64,000 nt of DNA from the NCBI GenBank assembly GCA_047285305.1, contig JBJBDL010000003.1, positions 1,472,001 to 1,536,000 of the forward strand, written 5' to 3'. Source of the DNA: Synechococcus sp. (lineage in GTDB: Bacteria > Cyanobacteriota > Cyanobacteriia > PCC-6307 > Cyanobiaceae). The translations under genes were made by a program, and so were the position numbers. The notes beneath the pieces are model-generated. The model was given only the letters and a program-made list of their open reading frames with translations, was not told the origin of the DNA and made no database searches. Below are positions 20,601-28,404 of the stretch, one piece after another (positions within the stretch are counted from its first letter, which is position 1; each line of letters starts with the position of its first letter).

Positions 20601-21238
20601 GCGGGATCGAATTCCCGCAGCTTGTCGAGCTCCTCTCCGAAAAATTCGAGTCGAACAGGCAGCTCACTGCTCACCGGGAAGATGTCGACAATGTCGCCGC
20701 GACGGCTCCAGCTCCCCTCCTGCTCAATGGTGGTGACCCGCTCATAGCCAAGTTGGGCCAGCGTCTCGCCTAGTGCTTCCAGATCAACCTCATCCCCTTT
20801 GCGCAAGGTGCGCGTTTTCGTTTTCAGAACATCCGGCGGGGGGAGATGTGGTTGCAAACAACGTTCCGTGGCCACGATTGCCCAGGACGCCGCTTTGGGT
20901 TCCCCCAGAAGGTCACTCAGAACCTGAAGTTGCCCCCAGGTGATTTCACTTGTGGGATCGAAGGGTTCATAGGGAGAGCCTTCGCTGGTGGGGTACAGGC
21001 TGGCCTGGCTCCACCCCATTAATTCCAAAAGCGCCGTCCAGCGTCCCGCTTCCTCAAGCGTTGGCACAACCACGAGCAGAGGTGCGCCCCGCCGTTGTGA
21101 CAGCGCGCTGGCCACCAGAGCTCGACTGCACCGACCAGCCCCGCGCATCAACAAACGTTCTGGGCGGCTTGAGCGCTCATCAAGCTCACCGGTGAGTGCA
21201 GTTTCCCGCAACTTGGTCACCAGGGAACGGAGCGGCAT
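17660..21238 (-). CDS. mfd: Transcription-repair coupling factor
   Basis: VVHRNHGIG (CarD/RID), CGDVGFGKT, VDEEQRFG, SATPIPRT, QLRGRVGR, TRCF domain; ATG at 21238 preferred as start. Confidence 0.98.
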   Translation of the reverse strand: MPLRSLVTKLRETALTGELDERSSRPERLLMRGAGRCSRALVASALSQRRGAPLLVVVPTLEEAGRWTALLELMGWSQASLYPTSEGSPYEPFDPTSEITWGQLQVLSDLLGEPKAASWAIVATERCLQPHLPPPDVLKTKTRTLRKGDEVDLEALGETLAQLGYERVTTIEQEGSWSRRGDIVDIFPVSSELPVRLEFFGEELDKLREFDPASQRSLDPVDALRLTPTGFGPLIADQLRETMPDGLEQLLGAKGTEQLLNGGTPEGIRRLMGLSWGQPASLLDYLPDTTTVVIDERRQGLAHGQQWLSHVEEHHHDMAAEAGLDEGDRDLIWPAVLHREIEAAYALTEVFHGFDMAELLEVDQHPNSFDLASRPVAAYPNQFGRLGELIKGFQTERTAVWLVSAQPSRAVALLEEHDCISRFVPNAGDSNAITRLIEQNTPVALKVRGTAELEGLQLPAWRIALVTDREFFGQQSLSSSGYVRRRRKAASRTVDPNKMRPGDFVVHRNHGIGRFKAMEKLAMSGDIRDYLVVQYADGILRVAADQLGSLGRYRATSETPPQLNRMGGTAWNKAKERAKKAVRKVALDLVKLYAERQQAAGFAFPTDGPWQVEMEESFPYDPTPDQLKATADVKRDMERQEPMDRLVCGDVGFGKTEVAIRAIFKAITAGKQVAMLAPTTVLAQQHWRTLSERFAPYPIKVALLNRFRTASERKSILDGLKQGTIDAVVGTHQLLSKGASFQELGLLVVDEEQRFGVNQKEKIKVLRKDVDVLTLSATPIPRTLYMSLSGVREMSLITTPPPLRRPIKTHLASLDPEAVRSAIRQELDRGGQVFYVVPRVEGIEEVAAGLLEMLPGLKLLVAHGQMAEGELENAMVAFNAGEADVMLCTTIVESGLDIPRVNTILIEDAHRFGLAQLYQLRGRVGRSGIQAHAWLFYPGNASLSDTARQRLRAIQEFAQLGSGYQLAMRDMEIRGVGNLLGVQQSGQMETIGFDLYMEMLQETLAEIQGQDIPSVEDTQVDLPVTAFVPADWITDPDEKIAAYRAAADCLTAEALVELAAGWADRYGALPAAVVSLLQLMELKLLSKRCGFSRIKPEKPNIVLETPMEEPAFRLLRQGLPQHLHGRLVYQAGSGIHHKVMARGLGVLPMEKQLEQLMEWLRLMAAQIPDADGKTEAQRQAELRAKNAEVVQV

Positions 21239-21302
21239 AAAGCAGGCCTCGGCAATCCATGATCTTCGCAATAAGGTGCCAGCAGCTGCGTTTCACCGGT
21301 CG

Positions 21303-21539
21303 ATACCTTGCTAGCGCTGCCTGTCCTTCTTTTGCGGCGCGGCCTTCGTGTTGCATCCACCCAAGGGGGTTGTTCCGCTTTGCCCCATCTGCGCAACATC
21401 GTTGGAGCGTCCGACCCTTGTCCGGCCCATTCCCCTGCAGCTGTTGCTGACTGTGGGCAGCGTGCTGGTTGCTTCCTCGATCCCCATCCTGTTCCCCTTC
21501 GAACCAGCTCCCAACTCAAGGCGCGAAAAACTGGCCTAA
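21303..21539 (+). pseudogene. Zn-ribbon plus TM microprotein, probably inactivated
   Basis: Frame reads ATA(I)PC*RCLSFFCGAAFVLHPPKGVVPLCPICATSLERPTLVRPIPLQLLLTVGSVLVASSIPILF; ATA where a start is expected and TAG at 21312. Confidence 0.5.
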
Positions 21540-21552
21540 GGCGGGTTTTTCG
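21524..21552. terminator. Hairpin with A/T tails (possibly bidirectional terminator)
   Basis: CGAAAAACTGGCC-TAA-GGCGGGTTTTTCG. Confidence 0.45.
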
Positions 21553-21579
21553 GTTGAATACAGGGGTATTGGTGCCTTC

Positions 21580-21714
21580 ATGACCCTCGGCCGTTTTCTG
21601 ATTTTCTTTGTGATCGGGCTTGTGCTCGCCCTCACCATTCCTCAGTTGACCTGGTTGCTTTGGCCCCTGGCAGCTTCAGCGCTTTTTGTTGTTGTTCAAC
21701 TGATCCGTTCCTGA
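21580..21714 (+). CDS. 44-aa two-helix membrane microprotein
   Basis: MTLGRFLIFFVIGLVLALTIPQLTWLLWPLAASALFVVVQLIRS. Confidence 0.65.
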   Translation: MTLGRFLIFFVIGLVLALTIPQLTWLLWPLAASALFVVVQLIRS

Positions 21715-21744
21715 ATTCCGCTGCGTTTAAGGCCGATCCGGAAC

Positions 21745-22251
21745 TCAAGACAACCAGCAGGCATCCACAGAAAAGGTGAGCACGTCGTGGGCATCACGAT
21801 GCTCTCCCGACGTAATGGCAACACAAGCCAGCTGACCATCGTCAAAACAGTTTTTCGATTTGAGCACAAATTTGGCGGCGTCAGTGAGGGACCAGACCGC
21901 TAGACCCTGCTGTTGGGCTTCGTCGTTGTAGATGTCCCAGAGCTCGGAGAAGCGTTCTGCTTCGGGACCCTGCAGAAATTCATCGAGGGCTTCATCAGCA
22001 CCAACTTCACGGAAGCGATCCAGAAAAGACCGCATTAAGGGATCATCGATCACGTTGCTAGTGGCGATGGCGCCAGTGATGCCACGCACCGAGGTTCGAA
22101 CAACTCGGTTGGGTTCGGTTCGGGCATCAATGATGACGACGGGGCATTGGAGATCCCAAGTGCTGCGATTTCTAAGTTCACGGCCCGCCTCGGACATGTC
22201 ATCCCGAAGCTCATTGATCAGCTGCCGTACAACAAGTGTCTGGTCATCCAT
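21745..22251 (-). CDS. Hypothetical protein
   Basis: 168-aa intact ORF with globular, protein-like composition. Confidence 0.75.
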   Translation of the reverse strand: MDDQTLVVRQLINELRDDMSEAGRELRNRSTWDLQCPVVIIDARTEPNRVVRTSVRGITGAIATSNVIDDPLMRSFLDRFREVGADEALDEFLQGPEAERFSELWDIYNDEAQQQGLAVWSLTDAAKFVLKSKNCFDDGQLACVAITSGEHRDAHDVLTFSVDACWLS

Positions 22252-22429
22252 AACTAACCTTATCGCAAGTGCAGCTGGTGAATTTGGCGGGTTAAAGATT
22301 CAAAATGTTGAGATCCTAAGGCAACTCTTGTGGCCTACAGGATTATCGGGGCACTGTTTCTGCGGGCTTGCAATATCAGGTGAGACCATCGGCCCGATCG
22401 AGCTGCCGTTAACCACTCGAGTTCCTTTT

Positions 22430-22686
22430 ATGCCTTCAGTCACTGAGTTGTGGCGTCCCTTTGCCGGCCTTGCTGGTCTAACGCTGCTGTTGCTCGGTCA
22501 CACCACGGCAGCTCGATCCGGTGCATGCCAAAGGTATAGGCAGCATTCAATCTTGAAGCGGGAATGCGGGCTGGATTAACCCTGAAACAGGCCAAAGCAA
22601 GCTTTCTTGAAGATGGCAATACAGATGGGTCTGCTGCCTGCTTTGCAGCCATCAAGAATGAAATCAACCAGATGCCCTATGCCTGA
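22430..22686 (+). pseudogene. Secreted-type small protein, frameshifted
   Basis: Signal-like MPSVTELWRPFAGLAGLTLLLLGHTTAARSGAC, continuing in another frame as AAFNLEAGMRAGLTLKQAKASFLEDGNTDGSAACFAAIKNEINQMPYA*. Confidence 0.4.
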
Positions 22687-22838
22687 ATCAAGCTCTCTAC
22701 AAAAGAACGCGCCGCTAGAGAGCACGCATAAGTGAGCTTTCTATTGCAAAAGCATGCTGTACAATTGCCGCAGCGGAAGCGAAGTCCATCACAACGGCAA
22801 TATCTCCAAAGACAGCAAATCAAAAATCTCATTATTTG

Positions 22839-23030
22839 ATGAAGGCTGCGAAGTACTACTCACGAGCCCAGCAATTGATCGAAGTCGATCAAGACTGGCA
22901 GGCTTCGGGCTCAATGATCCTCAAAGCACTTGCCGAGGAGAGGAAGTCTGAAAATACTGGTCTTCAGGTGATGAATGTGATCAAGTACCAAAAACCCAAA
23001 ACCAAGCTGGAGTTCAACTTCCGCAGTTGA
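22839..23030 (+). CDS. Hypothetical protein
   Basis: MKAAKYYSRAQQLIEVDQDWQASGSMILKALAEERK...; frame stays open further upstream without a canonical start. Confidence 0.6.
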   Translation: MKAAKYYSRAQQLIEVDQDWQASGSMILKALAEERKSENTGLQVMNVIKYQKPKTKLEFNFRS

Positions 23031-23339
23031 GTTAGCAGCTCAGCCACCCTTACCTTCAGAGCTCTGATCTCGTTGGTGCCCAATAGGGGCCACTCCCCCC
23101 TATAGACAAGAAGCGTAGGAAACGACCGGGTTGCGCAGAGTGTGTAGACGATTCACCCTGCCGCAATCGGCATGGACGCCGTATCAGTCCCTGCCGCAAA
23201 CCAGTTGTAAGCCACTAGCTCTGACCATCCCTGAGTGTTAGCGCTTATTTGGCATGGCTGAGCGTCTGCTCTTCCTGCAGCATATTTTTACTTATAATAC
23301 AGTTACTGCATTAATTATTGGGCTAAATACAATTCTGTG

Positions 23340-23357
23340 CGCGCATAATTGTGCGCA
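23340..23357. repeat. Palindrome CGCGCA-N6-TGCGCA (copy 1)
   Basis: CGCGCATAATTGTGCGCA in an AT-rich tract; related to 31837-31854. Confidence 0.4.
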
Positions 23358-23512
23358 AAGCCTCTTCTGGTCCATGCACAGGCGGCAATAACAAAGGGGG
23401 TAGGCCCCTCAGCCATCTCCCTTCAAAAAAGGTTGGAAGTATTTAAGGCACCACTGCCACGCCTTGGGAGATGAAATCGAAAGGGTCCCCTCGTTCGCGT
23501 CCCCCTCATTAT

Positions 23513-23552
23513 TTAGCGCACAGGCGGGGGGCAGCGCCTCCAGCCGTGTTTT
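23513..23552 (-). pseudogene. DUF1651-like C-terminal fragment
   Basis: Reads KHGWRRCPPPVR*; shares CAGCGCCTCCAGCC with 28406. Confidence 0.55.
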
Positions 23553-23877
23553 TCTCTTGGCAACAAATAGGTAAGGTTGGTATTAATTCACGCTGAATAG
23601 ACTGCTGATACTGGCGTATTTCAGGTGAGTCCCGTTCTGGATGACTCCTGGCGGGACGCGGGCCCATGTCAGCGGCAACTGCTGGGTCCGTTTCCTAGCG
23701 AAAAACGATTACTCTTCAGCGCACGGTGTACAGCCTCCCCAGCCCGTCTTCCGCATCGTCTCCCACCTACCCCCGCCCCTCAAGGAGTTGCGCCGAAGCA
23801 ACCGCCTACAAGGCAGCCAACGCGGCCTGAGCAAAACAGAAGGCCCTTAGGCCCGCGACATTAAGTGATGGAGTTCT

Positions 23878-24027
23878 TTAAGCAGCCTCTGCTTCAATGC
23901 TGTCTATGGATGCCTGTGCGTCTTTTAAGACTTGATCAGCCTTCTGCATCAACTTGTAGCAAGTGTTTTTGTCTGCGGCAGTATATGCAGCTTCCATCAA
24001 GAGGAGGTACTTTTCTTCTGGAGACAT
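23878..24027 (-). CDS. 49-aa helical microprotein
   Basis: MSPEEKYLLLMEAAYTAADKNTCYKLMQKADQVLKDAQASIDSIEAEAA. Confidence 0.55.
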   Translation of the reverse strand: MSPEEKYLLLMEAAYTAADKNTCYKLMQKADQVLKDAQASIDSIEAEAA

Positions 24028-24119
24028 CTGCCATCCGTGATTCACCCGATAGTGCCACAATCCTGGGGTTCCGCAGTGGCCAACAATGCTTAATCCTTGG
24101 CCATCAAATGTATAAATCG

Positions 24120-24290
24120 CTACCCCGGTAAAACACTTGAAACCTGCAGGCTCTTAAGGCAGCACTCTGCATCCCAGCGGTCAGAAAATTCCAAGCACAG
24201 CCCACTCGATACGCACACAACAAAGCGCTTGTCACCAAGCTGATGCACCATCGGTGGAGGCCGAGAAATCTTACTGAACTCTTGGATCAT
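24120..24290 (-). CDS. 56-aa Cys-containing microprotein
   Basis: Manual translation: MIQEFSKISRPPPMVHQLGDKRFVVCVSSGLCLEFSDRWDAECCLKSLQVSSVLPG*; purine-rich AGAGGAAGAGAG upstream. Confidence 0.6.
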   Translation of the reverse strand: MIQEFSKISRPPPMVHQLGDKRFVVCVSSGLCLEFSDRWDAECCLKSLQVSSVLPG

Positions 24291-24399
24291 CTCTCTTCCT
24301 CTTTGTTTAAGTGTCGGCTAACAACCTGTTTTTAATTGCATCAAGTGTCACACATCACACATGGCGGAATCCTCAGTAGATGTGTATTACCCAGACATC

Positions 24400-24612
24400 A
24401 TGGACACAGAATTACTCCTAGAATCCTCTCGGTTACACGCTGATTCGCCTTGCTACTGAAGTGGTGACCATCATCACGCCTACGGGTTACTCGACTCAGA
24501 TTCGATTGAAGCTATTGCCCAGCTTTGCCCCCTACTTGCGGTGATTCACAAGATCCTCATCATCTTGATGCGGCGCAGCACCCCTTCTATCTGTATGGCT
24601 GACTTCCAATAG
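24400..24612 (+). pseudogene. Small ORF with internal stop
   Basis: MDTELLLESSRLHADSPCY*SGDHHHAYGLLDSDSIEAIAQLCPLL...; TGA at 24457. Confidence 0.4.
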
Positions 24613-25050
24613 CCTTAGCCCAAGCAATGATGTGGGGCGACGGAACAGCGAGGAGAACAGCGTTCCCCCGAGCGATACGGTTGTCGTTCCACAAAGTGGA
24701 CGAGGCTTAAGCGCTTAGACGCGATGCCCCGAATCTTTCTAGTTATCTAAAGACGGCGTTAAGCGCACAAAGCCAGCCCCATCACGCTTACCGAGTACTG
24801 GGACTGGATTGTCTGCCAGCTAACGGGTTGCTCTCCCGTGCTGCTGCGATGCCTCACTCAGCCGTAAGAGGAGGTGTCGCAAAACCACTAATAGAGACTC
24901 TCCAGAGGTACCGCACGCCATTTTTTTTAGAGACCTTTGGGATCAAGAATTTCTTCAGCGAATCTCTATTACGCTGGTATCACCGACTACTAGAAAGAAG
25001 CTGGTTGATCACAACCGAAGTTTCATGAACCGCTAGCCCCGTTGTGAAAA

Positions 25051-25110
25051 CGAATGTTGTAAGGAAGAATTCTTCCGGCCCTCGAAAACCCCGTTGTTAG
25101 GGAGGAGGCC
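25051..25110 (+). repeat. 60-bp dispersed intergenic repeat, copy 1
   Basis: 51 of 61 aligned positions identical to 27696-27756 by manual alignment. Confidence 0.85.
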
Positions 25111-25126
25111 CTTGTGGTTCAGGGCA

Positions 25127-25300
25127 CTAACTCCATTCCGCTGGATAGAGCCGTGTTTTAGTAGCGCTGAGGCCGCGGTTGTCCGCAACTAGGTGCTGTG
25201 CAGCCCACATTCCTCTGACGACGCGGCAGACGTCTTCTTGGTCGCAGACCCTGTAGTACTAGAAGCCCTGTGGTGCGTAGGTGAGTTTGGTCGCTTTCAT
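25127..25300 (-). pseudogene. Cys-pair microprotein with internal TAG
   Basis: MKATKLTYAPQGF*YYRVCDQEDVCRVVRGMWAAQHLVADNRGLSATKTRLYPAEWS*; TAG at 25259-25261. Confidence 0.55.
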
Positions 25301-25432
25301 GTTCTTTATCCCTGCTATTCCATTGAGTAGGCAGCAGGGCTGGCTCTGGCTGAGTAGCTCGAGACAGAACGTTCCAGTCGTTACAAATCCTTGGCTGTCT
25401 TAACGACAGCGCCTGGAGGCAGCTATGCGTAG

Positions 25433-25525
25433 TTAAGCCGTTGCTTTAACAACGAAGACCATGACAAGGAATGCAATCGCGACAGTGCCACCGAAGTAAG
25501 CAACGTTCGTATGGAGTCCTTTCAT
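25433..25525 (-). CDS. 30-aa single-TM peptide
   Basis: MKGLHTNVAYFGGTVAIAFLVMVFVVKATA*. Confidence 0.45.
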   Translation of the reverse strand: MKGLHTNVAYFGGTVAIAFLVMVFVVKATA

Positions 25526-25697
25526 GCTGGATCTGAAGGTCGCATAAGTCTGATGTTTTTTCTCTGGCCGATGGCTAAGGCTTAATACCTAAATCCCCGC
25601 CAAAGCGATGGACCGATCTTCATCAGAGGGAGGCAACCTGCCCTGGGGGTGTATCAGTAGTAATTAAGGAGATTCACTTCTCCCCCGCCAGTAAGGG

Positions 25698-25916
25698 GTG
25701 GCGATGGTCCACTGTGGAGAGGCCCTTTGGTCCGAGGACCCAGCGAGAGAACTCAACAACCAAATCTCGGAACTTCAAGCCCGAGTCGCCTTCCCACAGC
25801 ACTGGAGCAGCGGTGAGCATGAGCAGCACATCGAAAAGCTCCGTCAGCTCACCTACAAAAAAAGCCGTCTGACTGATCGATCAGGCTCCTCTCCTAAGGA
25901 GCGAACTCATCACTGA
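25698..25916 (+). CDS. Hypothetical coiled-coil microprotein
   Basis: ELNNQISELQARVAFPQHWSSGEHEQHIEKLRQL helical hairpin. Confidence 0.6.
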   Translation: MAMVHCGEALWSEDPARELNNQISELQARVAFPQHWSSGEHEQHIEKLRQLTYKKSRLTDRSGSSPKERTHH

Positions 25917-26160
25917 AGAACTCTCCTACAAGTCAGTTGGTGCATGGCTTGCTAATGAGCCACAGCAGCTTTACTACCAATTCATCTCTTCCAAGGATGG
26001 CTCTCAAGGCGAGTCGATCGTCATGCGTAGCTTCCATTGGCGACCCCCTGACGACCCGATCCCTCAAGGGAGTCAACTGATGACACGACAAGAGGCGCTG
26101 GAGAAATGGAATGCACTCAAGTCAATGGGTTGGAGGAGATGCACCGGTCCACTTCGATAG
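25909..26160 (+). pseudogene. DUF1651-like protein with ATC where the start codon is expected
   Basis: Open frame GAWLANEPQQLYYQF...VMRSFHWRPP...MTRQEALEKWNALKSMGWRRCTGPLR*; AAGGAG ribosome-binding site 7 nt before ATC at 25909. Confidence 0.6.
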
Positions 26161-26237
26161 GGCAGTCAACGAGATGTCCAAGTCCGTGAAGGCAGTTGGT
26201 AACCAAAGCAAAACCAGCAGTAGTCCAGAGTGCTGTC

Positions 26238-26462
26238 ATGAAACAGCCGAACACTCAGCGACTCCGCGCTCTGCGGCTCTCAGCACTCGCGAGGGACAAC
26301 AAGGTTGTCAATGCCATTCGCTCCTCGATCACTCAGGCCCCTGATGCTCTGGTTAAGGAGTTGATGGATGTTCATGGGTGGCCTGCGCATGAAGCTCTCT
26401 GTGCAGTTCAGCAGCTTCAGAAAGATGTCCTCGATGACACGACAGAACAGGTATCTGCGTGA
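26238..26462 (+). CDS. Hypothetical microprotein
   Basis: MKQPNTQRLRALRLSALARD...ELMDVHGWPAHEALCAVQQLQ. Confidence 0.6.
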   Translation: MKQPNTQRLRALRLSALARDNKVVNAIRSSITQAPDALVKELMDVHGWPAHEALCAVQQLQKDVLDDTTEQVSA

Positions 26463-26474
26463 AGAAATCGTTCG

Positions 26475-26849
26475 CTACGGCCAATATTTGGGTGGCTGAT
26501 TGGTGTCCCAGTCAGCTCTTGCCATTGCTTGAAGTGAGGGCTCACTGGCATTCGATGCACGCACGATTCGTATGTCTAAGTTGCGAGAGTCGTCCTCTTC
26601 AGGGACATGGGATTCGACGGAGTAGACAAGACAGATCGTTTCATCATTGCCGCCAGGCGACGTGCCGAAGCTGCATTGCATGAAACGTCTCCAAAGCTGA
26701 CGGCACTTGAGAAAGCGATGTGGCTCAAGTTGAAGCGAGGTGAACGCCCCTGCAAAAACAGCAAGGCTTCCTAGGGAACTGCTCACCTGCACTTCAACAA
26801 ACGAGGATTCCGCCCCTCCCAGGTGGAAGATACGGCCTAACTCGCTCAT
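26475..26849 (-). CDS. Hypothetical protein (possibly degraded)
   Basis: 124-aa ORF with no recognisable motif. Confidence 0.35.
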   Translation of the reverse strand: MSELGRIFHLGGAESSFVEVQVSSSLGSLAVFAGAFTSLQLEPHRFLKCRQLWRRFMQCSFGTSPGGNDETICLVYSVESHVPEEDDSRNLDIRIVRASNASEPSLQAMARADWDTNQPPKYWP

Positions 26850-27163
26850 TTATGCATTCCATTCGACTTAATCAGTACGTGTTGCCTCTGGGGATCTCTT
26901 TGGCAATGGCAAGAAAAGAGGAAGGTCGAGGCGTCTGGCCTGTGGCAACCCTTGAGCCCTTGGGTCCAGGCGTGAAGCGGGACTCCTACGGGGCACCTAA
27001 ACCGACGGTGCAGAGGAGTGTTGTCTGATCAGACGTACATCAGTGTCGTCAAAGACGAAGTGCTCACGGTTGGGTTTAACAGTTGGAGCAGGGGCCAGAA
27101 ACGTCAGGCTGCTTCGATATTTGCTGTGGTGGATTATCGGCCATCTTTGGCTCCGCCGATCTC

Positions 27164-27393
27164 GATGGACAAACTCACAGCAGCCGTGGAGCACTCGGCA
27201 ATCAGCTGTCGTGCTCATTGCCTTCTTGGGGCAAATCGGTCGATTGAGTAACCGATATGCCGTGTGCTGGGACCAATGCGATGAGCAAGTTGTGCTCGGA
27301 CGGCCACACCTGATACAAGTCTTGTGTTGAGACCCTGACAAGATTTGTGTGTTTTTGATCCCGCAACAGAAAAAGGATCCCAAATTCAGTTGA
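27164..27393 (+). pseudogene. Degraded small membrane-anchored protein
   Basis: MDKLTAAV.. / frameshift / AVVLIAFLGQIGRLSNRYAVCWDQCDEQVVLGRPHLIQVLC*DPDKICVFLIPQQKKDPKFS*. Confidence 0.35.
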
Positions 27394-27411
27394 CCCAATA
27401 AAGAGGGTCCC

Positions 27412-27585
27412 ATGTACGAAGGTTTCAAGAAGTCTGTCGATTGCACCCTGAATACCTGCATGAAGTGGGGCGAAGACGGAACCCTGTCTCCCCACGACCA
27501 AGACGGCTTGATGAGGCATCTCTGCTCAACCGATCCAGCCTTGGCTGCCAGCGAGGCTTGCGAGATTTACAAAAACGACAGCTAA
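27412..27585 (+). CDS. 57-aa microprotein, KW-x2-DG-x-L family (island copy 1)
   Basis: Manual translation: MYEGFKKSVDCTLNTCMKWGEDGTLSPHDQDGLMRHLCSTDPALAASEACEIYKNDS*; AGAGGG upstream, terminator downstream. Confidence 0.75.
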   Translation: MYEGFKKSVDCTLNTCMKWGEDGTLSPHDQDGLMRHLCSTDPALAASEACEIYKNDS

Positions 27586-27610
27586 GTGTTCAGGGCTTTT
27601 GCTCTCTTCT

Positions 27611-27638
27611 CCTCTGTTACCTGCAGGGGTTTCTTTTT
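27611..27638 (+). terminator. Intrinsic terminator candidate
   Basis: CCTCTG-TTACCTG-CAGGGG followed by TTTCTTTTT. Confidence 0.5.
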
Positions 27639-27695
27639 ACCTGTTCTTCAGCGCTGAGGTGCTGGAGCCTGGCTCTTGGCTACGGCTGCAGTGGG

Positions 27696-27756
27696 CGAAT
27701 GTTGTGGGGAAGAGTCCTTGCGGCCCTCGATTCCCCCGTTGTTAGGGGAGTAGGCC
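27696..27756 (+). repeat. 60-bp dispersed intergenic repeat, copy 2
   Basis: CGAATGTTGTGGGGAAGAGTCCTTGCGGCCCTCGATTCCCCCGTTGTTAGGGGAGTAGGCC. Confidence 0.85.
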
Positions 27757-27806
27757 GTGTAGTCCTCTGCTCCCAGGTGCAGAACCCCCTGGGCCCGCAG
27801 GGGCAC

Positions 27807-28148
27807 ATGCGCATGCCATTTGAACGGTCTGACGAAGCCTCCTGTTTTCTTCAAGCTGATCTCATTGCTAAACAACTTTCCCTGGAGCAGTACAGACATA
27901 CTGGCGAGGAGAGCTGGGGGGAGGAGTGCGACTTCGTCGATGAACGGGACCTGCAGAACTGGAAGGGAGGCGTGGTCAGCATGACCTGCCAGCACTTCCC
28001 CTACGGGGTGGACCAGCTGTGCCAAACGATGATGAGCCGCAAACTCAGGCAGCAGCAGTTACAGCAACGCGAGCACCTAAAGAAGAGGTGCAAGTTATGG
28101 TCGCCTACTTGGTAGAAGGAGATGGGCTGGGCTCCTGAGGCGGGATGA
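27807..28148 (+). pseudogene. Cys/His-rich picocyanobacterial small protein with premature stop
   Basis: ECDFVDERDLQNWKGGVVSMTCQHFPYGVDQLCQT...EHLKKRCKLWSPTW*KEMGWAPEAG*; TAG at 28113 interrupts a protein-like tail. Confidence 0.6.
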
Positions 28149-28224
28149 GAATGAGTGAAACAGCTCTGAACTCGGAAGTCTTATTCGTCGTAAGGGTCAA
28201 ATGATCAGCCAACGTGAGGCTGCA

Positions 28225-28404
28225 ATGTTTGAAGTCCTCAAAGGCCATACGGGTAGCTGTCAAAGAAGAACTTGCCTGAAGTGGGAAATCAATGGCGAGC
28301 TATCGGCAAATGACCGCAGCAATCTGATGAAGCGTCTTTGTCAGGTGGACAAGCAAGCCTGCATTGAAGAACTGTGTGACGCGGACCTATACGACGAGAA
28401 ATAG
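28225..28404 (+). CDS. 59-aa microprotein, KW-x2-NG-x-L family (island copy 2)
   Basis: MFEVLKGHTGSCQRRTCLKWEINGELSANDRSNLMKRLCQVDKQACIEELCDADLYDEK; GAGG upstream of ATG at 28225. Confidence 0.75.
   Translation: MFEVLKGHTGSCQRRTCLKWEINGELSANDRSNLMKRLCQVDKQACIEELCDADLYDEK

Noticed and set aside
23156..23199. 11-bp direct repeat CCCTGCCGCAA twice
   Set aside because: Too short, only two copies; lies within a probable degraded ORF.
23336..23365. dif-like site (GCGCATAAT resembles the XerC arm)
   Set aside because: No XerD arm (TTATGTTAAA) at the required spacing.
24343..24361. CRP-like site (TGTGA-N6-ACACT on the minus strand)
   Set aside because: Second half-site is poor; indistinguishable from chance by eye.
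24849..25036. Phase-variable gene via the T8 tract at 24921-24928
   Set aside because: Neither frame gives a recognisable protein; cannot be supported without homologues.
25051..27756. CRISPR array or integron attC array
   Set aside because: Only two repeat copies 2.6 kb apart; no regular spacing, no cas or intI gene, no attC R-box structure recognised.
27441..28115. 224-aa ORF in the track
   Set aside because: Chance fusion: it crosses the 27412 gene out of frame, a terminator and the 60-bp repeat; only the part from about 27807 is protein-like.
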